NCBI GenBank assembly: GCA_965261595.1
Contig: CBDHDG010000003.1
Location: 32,001 to 96,000 of the forward strand
Length of the DNA stretch: 64,000 nt
Reading direction: 5' to 3'
Source of the DNA: a bacterium
Lineage (GTDB): Bacteria > UBA8248 > JACPRG01 > G963555815
The stretch's first letter is position 1; the number at the start of each line of letters is the position of its first letter. A program made the translations under genes and the position numbers. Below are positions 8,928 to 18,491 of the stretch, one piece after another. Under the pieces are notes generated by a model. That model was given only the letters and a program-made list of their open reading frames with translations. It had not been told where the DNA came from and did not search any database.

Positions 8928-9052
8928 GTGCATCCTTCCCGGCTGGAAACCGGGTCTTCGGTGGCTCGGAACCCTGTGTTGACCCCCTTTAACCGGAGCC
9001 ATTTGCTGAGTTAGTGTATTTCGGCATTTGGGTCATTGAGGAGGGGGATCAG

Positions 9053-9331
9053 ATGCCCAGGAAACGTTTTACAGTCGAGCAGATCATCAATCATCTTCGG
9101 GAGGCGGAAGTGCTGCTGGCACAGGGCCAGCGGGTTGGCGAGCTCTGTCGTCAGATAGGCATCACGGAGCAGACGTTTTACCGGTGGCGCCGCGAGTATG
9201 GCGGCCTGAAGCTGGACCAGGCGAAGCGTCTGAAGGTGCTAGAGCAGGAGAATGCCCGGCTCAAGCGTGCGGTTGCCGATCTGACGCTGGACAAGTTGAT
9301 CCTGAAGGAAGCTGTTGAGGGAAACTGGTAA
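9053..9331 (+). CDS. IS3-family transposase OrfA
   Basis: MPRKRFTVEQII...GITEQTFYRWRREYGG...LEQENARLK. Confidence 0.92.
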   Translation: MPRKRFTVEQIINHLREAEVLLAQGQRVGELCRQIGITEQTFYRWRREYGGLKLDQAKRLKVLEQENARLKRAVADLTLDKLILKEAVEGNW

Positions 9332-9544
9332 GCCCCGAGCGTCGCCGACGCTGTGTGTCCTACGTGATGGAACGCCACCCTGTTTCCGAACGTCGGGCCT
9401 GCATGGTCCTGGGCCAGTCGCGCACGAGCCAGCGCTACAGTCCGATCATCGTGGAGGAGGCCGGTCCGTTGGCGGCGGTCCCCCGCTCTAGGGTTTTGTT
9501 GGACACTCGATTGATCCATGATTCATGGAGAAAGGGGTGTCGCG

Positions 9545-9931
9545 ATGAACGAACAAAAGCAAGAGGGGGCTTTGGCGGAGGGCGCCCGCAGGGCGAACGG
9601 AGCCAAGGCCCCAGGGCATCGCAGTGAGCGGGGTCGGTTCTCCTGCCAGCGCAAGCGGGAGGCGGTCCTGCGTCTTTTGCGGGGCGAGAGCCTGGAGACG
9701 CTCTGCCGCGAGTTGGGCACGACAGCGGCTCGGCTTTCCGCCTGGCGCGAGGCGTTCCTTCGCGGGGGCGAGGCGGCGCTCAAAGCCCGCCCGGCGGATG
9801 AGCGGGACGAGGAGAACGCCCGGCTCAAGGCCAAGGTGGGCGAACTCACGATGGAGGGCGAGGTCCTGCGGGAGAAGATCGACCGCCTGGAGGCCGGCCG
9901 CCCTTTAGCCGGCAGGAGGTGGAGGCGATGA
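9545..9931 (+). CDS. IS3-family OrfA (HTH)
   Basis: RKREAVLRLLRGESLETLCRELG...LSAWREAF...LKAKVGELTME. Confidence 0.88.
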   Translation: MNEQKQEGALAEGARRANGAKAPGHRSERGRFSCQRKREAVLRLLRGESLETLCRELGTTAARLSAWREAFLRGGEAALKARPADERDEENARLKAKVGELTMEGEVLREKIDRLEAGRPLAGRRWRR

Positions 9932-10836
9932 GTCAGGCCCGCTTCACCTCCACGGGCAGAGCCTACGGCCTGAAGCGGGTGTGCGCCCTTTGGGGCTTGG
10001 CGCGCTCCACGGTCTACGCGCAACGGCGGCGAGAGGCGGTCCCCGTTCATGAACGCCCCACGCCCAATAAGCGCGGCCCTGTGGGCCCGTGCACCGATGC
10101 GGAACTCCTCGGCCACATCCGGCAGGTCCTGGAGGACTCTCCCTTCCATGGCGAGGGCTACCGCAAGGTGTGGGCGAGGCTGCGCTTCGCGGGCATCCGC
10201 ACCAGCAAGGAGCGGGTGCGTCGCCTGATGCGGGAGGCGGGGCTTCAGGCCCCCCACCGGGTGGGCAAACCCCGAGGTCCCAAGGCCCACAACGGGACCA
10301 TCCGCACCGAGCGGCCCGACCGAATGTGGGGCACGGACATGACGACGACGGTGACCACCGAGGAGGGGGTGGCCTCGGTGTTCGTGGCGGTGGATCACTG
10401 CTCGGTGGACTGCGTGGGGATCCATGCGGCCAAGAGCGGCAACCGCTTCGAGGCCCTGGAGCCGATCCGGCAGGGGGTCGCCGAGCGCTTCGCCGGCTTG
10501 GAGGCGGATGTCGCCGAGGGGCTTAAAGTTCGTCACGACCACGGCCCCGCCTATCTGTCCGATGACTTTCAGCGGGAGATCGCCTACCTGGGCATGACCA
10601 GTTCGCCCAGCTTCGTGCGGGCGCCCGAGGGAAATGGCTACTGTGAGTGGTTCATCCGCATCTTGAAGGAGAATCTCCTGTGGGTGCGCTCTTTCGCCAC
10701 CGTAGAGGAACTGCGGTGGGCGCTGCTTGAGTTCAAGAACCTGTACAACCATCATTGGATTCTCGAGGGCTACGGCTACCGAACGCCGGCCCAGGCAAGG
10801 CAGGAAAAACTCGCTCAAGTTGCGGAGGCCGCATGA
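9928..10836 (+). CDS. IS3-family OrfB, DDE integrase core
   Basis: GYRKVWARL, WGTDMT, RHDHGPAY, PEGNGYCE. ATGA overlap with orfA. Confidence 0.92.
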   Translation: MSQARFTSTGRAYGLKRVCALWGLARSTVYAQRRREAVPVHERPTPNKRGPVGPCTDAELLGHIRQVLEDSPFHGEGYRKVWARLRFAGIRTSKERVRRLMREAGLQAPHRVGKPRGPKAHNGTIRTERPDRMWGTDMTTTVTTEEGVASVFVAVDHCSVDCVGIHAAKSGNRFEALEPIRQGVAERFAGLEADVAEGLKVRHDHGPAYLSDDFQREIAYLGMTSSPSFVRAPEGNGYCEWFIRILKENLLWVRSFATVEELRWALLEFKNLYNHHWILEGYGYRTPAQARQEKLAQVAEAA

Positions 10837-11505
10837 GGTCGAATACCCTCACCCGAGTGTCCAATAACCCAGGGGCGGTCCAGCGGCGATCATCCGCTTG
10901 GCTGGTCAGTATGGCCGTTATGGCTATCGCCGGGTGACGGCGTTGCTTCGAGCAGAGGGTTGGCGCGTGAACCACAAGCGGGTGGAACGGATCTGGCGGC
11001 GGGAGGGGCTGAAGGTGCCTAAGAAGCAACCCAGACGGGGACGTCTGTGGCTCAATGATGGTTCCTGTATCCGTCTGAGGCCCTGCTGGCCCCATCATGT
11101 CTGGGCCTATGACTTCGTCCAGGGACGCACGCATGACGGCAAGGCCTTCCGGATGCTGACAGTGCTCGACGAATACACGCGTGAGTGCCTTGCCATCGAG
11201 ATCGGCCGCAAGCTGTGCAGCGACGATGTCCTGCACTGCCTGAGTGCCCTGTTCGCTCGCCATGGAGCGCCGGAGCACATTCGGTCGGATAACGGGCCGG
11301 AGTTTACCGCTCAGGTTGTTCGGGACTGGCTACCGCGAGTCGGGGTGAGAACCCTGTTCATCGAGCCCCGCTCGCCCTGGGAGAACGGCTACAACGAGAG
11401 CTTTAATGGCAAGCTACAAACTCATTAGTGTGTGTTGCTCACGATTGAAGAGCAGTAATTCAGCGATCGTCGTTTCACGATTTGCGATTCACCAAGTGTT
11501 GGTTA

Positions 11506-11709
11506 CTACCAGTCGTTCCAAAGCTTGATCGTGGCCGCAAGAAAGGTATCGCAGTTAGCTGGCGCCCAACAAGTGTGGGCATTGTCATACAACAAATAAT
11601 ACTGCTTATTCGCACAAATCAACTTGGTCTTATCTGCATCATTTTGAATCCAATTTAGGGCGTTGACGAAGCAGTCCTGGTAACTATTAGTAAACTTGCA
11701 GCTCGGTAC
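11506..11709 (-). pseudogene. C-terminal 67 codons of a CdnE-like CD-NTase (not in the ORF track)
   Basis: Hand translation: VPSCKFTNSYQDCFVNALNWIQNDADKTKLICANKQYYLLYDNAHTCWAPANCDTFLAATIKLWNDW*. Open right up to the IS boundary. Resembles clade-E CD-NTase C-termini. Confidence 0.65.
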
Positions 11710-11775
11710 TCCCCCGCTCTAGGGTTTTGTTGGACACTCGATTGATCCATGATTCATGGAGAAAGGGGTGTCGCG

Positions 11776-12162
11776 ATGAACGAACAAAAGCAAGAGGGGG
11801 CTTTGGCGGAGGGCGCCCGCAGGGCGAACGGAGCCAAGGCCCCAGGGCATCGCAGTGAGCGGGGTCGGTTCTCCTGCCAGCGCAAGCGGGAGGCGGTCCT
11901 GCGTCTTTTGCGGGGCGAGAGCCTGGAGACGCTCTGCCGCGAGTTGGGCACGACAGCGGTTCGGCTTTCCGCCTGGCGCGAGGCGTTCCTTCGCGGGGGC
12001 GAGGCGGCGCTCAAAGCCCGCCCGGCGGATGAGCGGGACGAGGAGAACGCCCGGCTCAAGGCCAAGGTGGGCGAACTCACGATGGAGGGCGAGGTCCTGC
12101 GGGAGAAGATCGACCGCCTGGAGGCCGGCCGCCCTTTAGCCGGCAGGAGGTGGAGGCGATGA
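11776..12162 (+). CDS. IS3-family OrfA
   Basis: Copy of 9545-9931 with one Ala>Val change. Confidence 0.88.
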   Translation: MNEQKQEGALAEGARRANGAKAPGHRSERGRFSCQRKREAVLRLLRGESLETLCRELGTTAVRLSAWREAFLRGGEAALKARPADERDEENARLKAKVGELTMEGEVLREKIDRLEAGRPLAGRRWRR

Positions 12163-13067
12163 GTCAGGCCCGCTTCACCTCCACGGGCAGAGCCTACGGC
12201 CTGAAGCGGGTGTGCGCCCTTTGGGGCTTGGCGCTCTCCACGGTCTACGCGCAACGGCGGCGAGAGGCGGTCCCCGTTCATGAACGCCCCACGCCCAATA
12301 AGCGCGGCCCTGTGGGCCCGTGCACCGATGCGGAACTCCTCGGCCACATCCGGCAGGTCCTGGAGGACTCTCCCTTCCATGGCGAGGGCTACCGCAAGGT
12401 GTGGGCGAGGCTGCGCTTCGCGGGCATCCGCACCAGCAAGGAGCGGGTGCGTCGCCTGATGCGGGAGGCGGGGCTTCAGGCCCCCCACCGGGTGGGCAAA
12501 CCCCGAGGTCCCAAGGCCCACAACGGGACCATCCGCACCGAGCGGCCCGACCGAATGTGGGGCACGGACATGACGACGACGGTGACCACCGAGGAGGGGG
12601 TGGCCTCGGTGTTCGTGGCGGTGGATCACTGCTCGGTGGACTGCGTGGGGATCCATGCGGCCAAGAGCGGCAACCGCTTCGAGGCCCTGGAGCCGATCCG
12701 GCAGGGGGTCGCCGAGCGCTTCGCCGGCTTGGAGGCGGACGTCGCCGAGGGGCTTAAAGTTCGTCACGACCACGGCCCCGCCTATCTGTCCGATGACTTT
12801 CAGCGGGAGATCGCCTACCTGGGCATGACCAGTTCGCCCAGCTTCGTGCGGGCGCCCGAGGGAAATGGCTACTGTGAGTGGTTTATCCGCATCTTGAAGG
12901 AGAATCTCCTGTGGGTGCGCTCTTTCGCCACCGTAGAGGAACTGCGGTGGGCGCTGCTTGAGTTCAAGAACCTGTACAACCATCATTGGATTCTCGAGGG
13001 CTACGGCTACCGAACGCCGGCCCAGGCAAGGCAGGAAAAACTCGCTCAAGTTGCGGAGGCCGCATGA
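12159..13067 (+). CDS. IS3-family OrfB
   Basis: Copy of 9928-10836 with one Arg>Leu change. Confidence 0.92.
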   Translation: MSQARFTSTGRAYGLKRVCALWGLALSTVYAQRRREAVPVHERPTPNKRGPVGPCTDAELLGHIRQVLEDSPFHGEGYRKVWARLRFAGIRTSKERVRRLMREAGLQAPHRVGKPRGPKAHNGTIRTERPDRMWGTDMTTTVTTEEGVASVFVAVDHCSVDCVGIHAAKSGNRFEALEPIRQGVAERFAGLEADVAEGLKVRHDHGPAYLSDDFQREIAYLGMTSSPSFVRAPEGNGYCEWFIRILKENLLWVRSFATVEELRWALLEFKNLYNHHWILEGYGYRTPAQARQEKLAQVAEAA

Positions 13068-13113
13068 GGTCGAATACCCTCACCCGAGTGTCCAATAACC
13101 CAGGGGCGGTCCA

Positions 13114-13484
13114 TGTGCTTCGACTAGGACGAGTAAGTGAAGAAGCCCATCGCTAAAAATCCAGCGTTCAGCTTTATTTGCCTTGGGGTACCACATGCAA
13201 AGTTGCCCGTTGCTATAACGGTGTGGGTAGTCTTCAGGGCCATCGACCGTAACTTCTGGGGACTTACGTGAATCGCTAAATAGCTTGATTGTCACGGCCC
13301 TAGTTACGTCAAAATCCTTCGAGAAAATGTTGACGTTATATTGTATCCACCGCTTGTGTCCAAGTTTGCACTTTTTTGTGCGGAGGGAGGGATATTCATC
13401 AAATACACGCCGTTCGAAAATATAGCGCTTGCTATAAGTTTCATACCATGGGCTTCTTGACTGTTTACCCCTCCTTCTTGCCAC
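13114..13484 (-). pseudogene. CBASS-associated stand-alone E2 (ubiquitin-conjugating-like) protein, 3'-truncated by IS
   Basis: YPHRYSNGQLCMWYP is an E2-like His...LC catalytic motif. Overlaps the CD-NTase stop. Native frame ends at LVEAH at the IS junction. Confidence 0.75.
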
Positions 13485-14472
13485 CGTACGCCTCTGTTTG
13501 CTTAACACGAGGATATGATGAATCCACAGCAGGCCTCAGGCCAGCGGTAATGGCCAAACCCGCGTTACCCTCCCTTAACAGGTTGGCTTTTTTGAGCTTT
13601 GACTCTTCCTTGCTGATACGATCAATCCAGAACTGATGCTTAAAGATGCTGTTCCAAGCCTTCAAAGCTTTGAGTCGTGTGCAATCACTGTCGAACAGTA
13701 CTTCAAGGTCTTCAAGCGCTTCAGATAGCTTCTCTCGTAAGTGTTTGGTTCGTGCATCATCTGCTCCTTTCGTTAACATCTCGTTCCGAACAGGATGGCA
13801 GACTTCTAAATTCAACTTTAGACGATCACGAATAGTCTTTATGGTCTTGTAAAGCGAAACATCATCCCGATCATCAGATACGTAACACTCAACAACAAGG
13901 GCTGATATAACAAACCCACTTGCCATCTTAGCCTTCCAGCTTGCCCGGCTGTTTTTATATGCTTTTACATGTCGTGTGATTCGTCGAAGTTGACGGCCAT
14001 TAACTGTGTCTGGACTTTTTTCAATTACTGCTTTATTGTACCATTCCGTCACTTCACTCGGACTGCTCCCTTCCCAATCACTGCTGGCTAATTCGAGGGT
14101 TTTATCATCCAACTGCCGGTATACGGGCACATCGACATGATAGCCCTTTTGATAAATTACACGCACACAATTTATTAGCACTTCTGGAGGTGTTGCGAAT
14201 GAGCCATCGTCAAGCGCGGAGCATACCATTTTCCGGGCATCTAATGCTATTTTATCAGTTCCCTGGCTGCCCACTAAGTCTTCTTTGAGAAAAATAACTC
14301 CATCGTCAATGTCGTAATCATTGTTTTCGTCCTGAACCATTGTGTGCATAGCATATGAACCCTGCGCCTGATATGAATCTGGAGAAGGACCCTCATTTGC
14401 ATCAAGACCTTTTTTTAACCGCGTTCGGTTAGCGTCGCGGCGCTCACGCATTTCCGACTGCTGCGTCGAGTT
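13465..14472 (-). pseudogene. cGAS/DncV-like nucleotidyltransferase (CD-NTase, SMODS), 5' end removed by IS
   Basis: QGSYAMHTMVQ, DYDIDDGVIF, CVRVIY, YHVDVPVY, QLRRITRHVK. Noticeably AT-richer than the flanks. The first 23 aa of the track ORF derive from the IS. Confidence 0.9.
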
Positions 14473-15883
14473 TGGAGTTGCCCCGTTTTTGTGGACACCT
14501 TCAGACTGTGGGGAGGAGGTGTTCAGATGCCGAAAACTCATTCACCCTACGCGCCGGAATACCGGCGCCAGATGGGTGAGCTGGTTCGCTCGGGCCGTAC
14601 GCCCGGGGAGCTGGCCCGGGAGTTCGAGTGTTCCGCTTCGGCGATTCGCAACTGGGTGCGCCAGGCCGACCGCGACGAGGGCCGTCGTGAGGACGGTCTG
14701 ACAAGCTCAGAGCTCGAGGAGCTACGGCGGCTTCGTCGGGACAATCGTCAGCTTCGCGAAGAACGCGAGATACTGGCAAGAGCTACGGCTTGGTTCGCTC
14801 GGGAGACCGGCTCGGTCCGGGCGAAGTCTTCGAGCTCGTGAAGGCGAATCAGGCCTGCCATCGGGTGGCCACGATGTGCCGTCGGCTGGGTGTCTCCCCC
14901 AGCGGATACTACGCGTGGCGAAGCCGTGGGCGTTCGAATCGTGCGAAGCGCGAGGAGGCGTTGCGTGGCACGATCCGGGCCATCCACGAGGTATCTGGTG
15001 GCACCTACGGGGCGCCTCGGGTCCATGCCGAGATGATGGCCGGCGGCTGCCGGGTGAGCCGCAATCGGGTGGCTCGTCTGATGCGCGAGGCAGGGTTGGC
15101 CGGGGTGAGCCGACGCCGAGGCATGCGCACTACGCGCGTGGACCAGAGCCATTGTGTGGTCCCGGACCGGGTCGAACGCCAGTTCCAGGCCGATGCGCCG
15201 GATCGGCTTTGGGTGGCCGACGTGACCTACGTGCCGACCTGGACGGGGTTCGTGTACCTGGCCATCGTGCTCGACGTGTTCAGCCGCCGGGTGGTGGGAT
15301 GGTCCATGACCCACCATCTTCGCACCGAACTGGTGCTCGGGGCGCTGAACATGGCGTTGGGACAGCGCCGCCCCGACGGGGTCGTGCATCACTCCGACAG
15401 GGGATCGCAGTACACTTCGCTCGCCTTCGGCAAGCGGTGCCGGGAGATGGGGGTGGTTCCCTCGACCGGGTCGGCCGGGGATTGCTTCGACAACGCCATG
15501 GCCGAGAGCTTCTTTGCCACGCTGGAGTGCGAGCTCATCGACCGGCGCTCGTTCCGTACCCAGGCCGAAGCGCACATGGCGATCTTCCAATTCATCGAAG
15601 GCTGGTACAACCCACGCCGTCGTCATTCGGCCCTGGGTTACCTCAGCCCCAACGACTTCGAACGCGCCGTGGCGAAGGAAACGCCACGTGCAGTGCGCAA
15701 CGCTCATCGTCCGGCTCGAGCCGTCCCCGGTGCTTCCCGGAGCAGCGAGCCAAAGGTCAAGACATACCCCCCGGGGGCACCCTATCTATCGGATAGGGAG
15801 AAGACTGTACGTCCACCGGCTGTCGCCCACCTCAGGGCTGGGGACGACAGCCCTAAACTGTCCACTGAAACGGGTCAAATCCA
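14473..15883 (+). mobile_element. IS3-family element (no target duplication)
   Basis: IRL TGGAGTTGCCCCGTTTTTGTGGACA versus IRR (reverse complement) TGGATTTGACCCGTTTCAGTGGACA. Confidence 0.93.
14527..14841 (+). CDS. IS3-family OrfA
   Basis: YAPEYRRQMGELVRSG...ELAREF...IRNWVRQ...EEREIL. Confidence 0.9.
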   Translation: MPKTHSPYAPEYRRQMGELVRSGRTPGELAREFECSASAIRNWVRQADRDEGRREDGLTSSELEELRRLRRDNRQLREEREILARATAWFARETGSVRAKSSSS

Positions 15884-15926
15884 CATCTGGAGGAGCAAAA
15901 GGCCCTGCTGCAGTTCCTGGAGTTAG
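14838..15926 (+). CDS. IS3-family OrfB (frame runs through the IRR)
   Basis: GVSPSGYYAW, TYGAPRV, WVADVTY, HHSDRGSQY, DNAMAESFF, WYNPRRRHSALGY. Confidence 0.9.
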   Translation: MKANQACHRVATMCRRLGVSPSGYYAWRSRGRSNRAKREEALRGTIRAIHEVSGGTYGAPRVHAEMMAGGCRVSRNRVARLMREAGLAGVSRRRGMRTTRVDQSHCVVPDRVERQFQADAPDRLWVADVTYVPTWTGFVYLAIVLDVFSRRVVGWSMTHHLRTELVLGALNMALGQRRPDGVVHHSDRGSQYTSLAFGKRCREMGVVPSTGSAGDCFDNAMAESFFATLECELIDRRSFRTQAEAHMAIFQFIEGWYNPRRRHSALGYLSPNDFERAVAKETPRAVRNAHRPARAVPGASRSSEPKVKTYPPGAPYLSDREKTVRPPAVAHLRAGDDSPKLSTETGQIHIWRSKRPCCSSWS

Positions 15927-17794
15927 ATCAACCCGACCAGAACGCTATCCTCGAAAAGATCAATGCCAAGCGCTCGGTTCTGTCGCTGCCACCACTGGAG
16001 GAACTCAAGGCGACAACTTCCTTCAGAATGGGGGTGCCCGATCCCGCCACGGTGCAGGCACCGGCCCTAAAAAAAGCTGATGCGCAAGCAGATTTGGCAG
16101 TGCTTGCGAAATTCGATACAGAGGGCGAGCCGCAGGATGCGGCATCCAAGCGTCAAATCGCGCTGTCAGACCTCCAGGGACTGATTGATGATGTGGGCTT
16201 ACTGCGCACTCTGAAGCAGCAATCCCTGGTCACGGCTGGGATTGAGCTTGTTGACGGCGACGCTTGTCCACTTTGCGATCTGGAATGGGATCGCGAAACC
16301 TTGTTGGAACATTTGAGCGCCAAGCTGAATGGCGCCAAGCACGCTACCACGCTTCTCAAGGAGCTGAATGAGAACGTCAACTATGTCATTGCTGAACGCG
16401 AATCGTTGAGCAGTGTGCTGGACCGGCTGGTTGCCGTGTCCGCAAAGCTGACCCCGGTAGTTCCCGCTGATTGCATAAGCGCCCACGCGAAGCGAATCGC
16501 GACTGGGACAAATTCACTCCGGGCCTTTGTCGCTCATTTCAGCGGCCTCAGTGACGCCAAGGAAGCCCTGGAACAGGAATGGTGGATTCCGCCCGCGGAC
16601 GTTCAGGAGCAGATCAATGCCTGCTCCAAGGGAATTGCCGCTCTACCGGAGGTGTCAGAGGAAGACATAGCCAGGGATTTTCTGACCCGAGCGGAGGACC
16701 AGTATCATAGAGCCGTCGCAACACACGCTGCTTTCAAAACTGCGGATTCGCGTTCGTCGGTCGCTGCCAAGGTCCTTGAGTCATACAAGGAAAACAGCGA
16801 TACAATACTGAAATCACTGTACGACGATGTGGCAGAGGATTTCTCAGGGTACTACCGCAGTCTCAACCCGGAGGATGAACGCAAGTTCGTAGGCAACCTG
16901 ATCCCGTCCGCTGCCAAGCTCGGATTCAACGTCGATTTCTACGGACGCGGTAAGTTCCCGCCGGGTGCCTATCACAGTGAAGGTCATCAGGACGGTATGG
17001 GCGTGTGTCTCTACCTCGCCCTTATTAAACGAACCCAGGGCGAGAAATTTAGGTTTTCCGTTCTAGACGACGTGTTGATGTCGATCGACGCCGATCACCG
17101 GCGTCAAGTGTGCAAGCTGCTCAAGCGGGAGTTCCCCGACACACAGTTCATCGTGACTACCCATGATCGCGTGTGGCTGAAATTTATGCATACCGAAGGG
17201 CTAATTCAAAACAGTCAGACTTTTGGAGCTTGGTCCGTAGAGGCCGGTCCGCGAGTCTGGAAGCACCAGGAGATATGGGCTGAGATAGAGGAAGAACTAG
17301 AAAAAAATGACATTGAAACGGCGGCGGCTAAACTACGGCACTATCTTGAATATGTTTTCACTTTGCAAGCTGATTCGTTGCAAGCTCAGGTTCGGTACAA
17401 AGGGGACGGCCAGTATTCTTTAAACGACCTTATGCCCTCCGTGATCAACCGTTGGCACAAAAAAGTTACCAATGCCGTCAAGGCCGCTAAGTCATGGGGT
17501 CAAGCTGAAAAGGAAGCAGAGCTATTAGAGTTGCTTGTACGCATTGATGACGCAAAGACTCGGATGAATGCAGAGCAATGGGCTGTGAACCCAGCTGTTC
17601 ACTACAATCAGTGGGCAAACTTCCAAATCGCTGAATTCCGCGAGGTTCTTCGTGCTTTTACCGATCTGCTTGCGACCATGCAGTGCGATGTTTGCAACGC
17701 CTTGGTAGAGTTGCAGCCGCGAGACAAGGCGGCCAAAACGATCCGCTGCAATTGCGGAGTTATCGTGATCAATCTCAATATGAAGGAGGCGTGA
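15884..17794 (+). pseudogene. Rad50/SbcC-like ABC ATPase (RloC-like architecture); N-terminus with Walker A removed by IS
   Basis: Frame is open from the IS boundary at 15884. Zinc hook CPLC in a coiled coil, HSEGH signature, Walker B VLDD, H-loop TTHD, C-terminal CxxC...CxC. Confidence 0.8.
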
Positions 17795-17862
17795 TCCCTC
17801 GGAGTTGCTCCTGGCCTTTCCCCGTGCTTAGGGCCAAGCTAGCTGAGGGTTTTCGGTGGAGA

Positions 17863-18108
17863 TCATAGAGCGAAAGGGCAGCTGAGCGGAGCCCTTGCGG
17901 AGCTCGAGCGATGTTTCCCATTCTCCGCCTCCAGCTCGCGCAGACGACGGGTGCCGGATATCTCCATCCCCCCGCACTTCGACTTCCAGCGGTACAACGT
18001 CTGCTCCGATATGCCGTGGCGACGGCTTATCTCGCGTGCCGTGGCGACGGCCTCATGCTCGCGCAGCACCCCGACAATCTGCTCTTCGGTAAACCGTTTG
18101 CGTCTCAT
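17863..18108 (-). pseudogene. IS3-family OrfA remnant
   Basis: MRRKRFTEEQIVGVLREHE...HGISEQTLYRWKSK...LRELEAENGK, then degenerates. No orfB. Confidence 0.8.
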
Positions 18109-18190
18109 ATCGAGTTCTCCTGTACTCAGTCTCTCCAGGAAAACTCTCACATGCAATGGCCTGAATGACGGGGAGAAAGTCCGCGAAGGA

Positions 18191-18320
18191 CCGTCCTTGC
18201 ACGATATACGGGAGGTTACAAACGTGAGGCTGGCGGGGATGTCTGGTTATTTCGAGGCGATGTATTCGCACACAGGCAGCGCGGGGACCGCGAGTGAGAA
18301 GCTGTTGCGGGCGCTTCAGG
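18191..18320 (+). pseudogene. IS5-like transposase N-terminal remnant
   Basis: PSLHDIREVTNVRLAGMSGYFEAMYSHTGSAGTASEKLLRALQ resembles HPLRxIR...FxxMYSxxGRPSIxPEKLLRAL. Confidence 0.55.
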
Positions 18321-18491
18321 GTGAGAGACTGGATGACCTGCCCTGGCACGCTTGCCGCCGCTCTCAAGAACCTAACACATCCTCCGTACCGGCCCCCAGA
18401 CGCTCGTCTCTCAGCCATCTTACCAAGCCGCTCACGGACCATTTCTCGCGGTCTCTGCGCAAGGAGTGATGTCTGGCCCGTGGGCCGCGCA

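Larger units (their letters stand above)
9479..10882 (+). mobile_element. IS3-family element, 1404 bp, with 4-bp target duplication GCGG
   Basis: Imperfect terminal IRs sharing TTGGACACTCG. GCGG at 9475-9478 and 10883-10886; removing the element restores the host orfB frame. Confidence 0.93.
8975..11417 (+). mobile_element. IS3-family (IS407-group) element, interrupted by another IS and truncated at its 3' end
   Basis: TG-starting left IR, orfA, GGGAAAC slippery site. orfB is split at 9478/10883 and breaks off after ESFNGKL. Confidence 0.85.
9328..11417 (+). pseudogene. IS3-family transposase OrfB (split and truncated)
   Basis: VSERRACMVLGQSR...EEAGPLA | AAIIRLAGQYGRYGYRR...WAYDF...RSDNGPEF...PWENGYNESFNGKL. 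Confidence 0.88.
11710..13113 (+). mobile_element. Second full copy of the 1404-bp IS3-family element (no target duplication)
   Basis: Near-identical to 9479-10882 (about four substitutions seen). Flanks GTAC and TGTG differ. Confidence 0.93.

Noticed and set aside
11418..11505. Possible integron attC after the CdnE-like stop codon
   Set aside because: No proper RYYYAAC/GTTRRRY pair or pairing arms, and no integron integrase in the window.
14473..14541. Track start of the CD-NTase (MSFRHL...)
   Set aside because: Lies inside the IS3 left end, so it is not native sequence.
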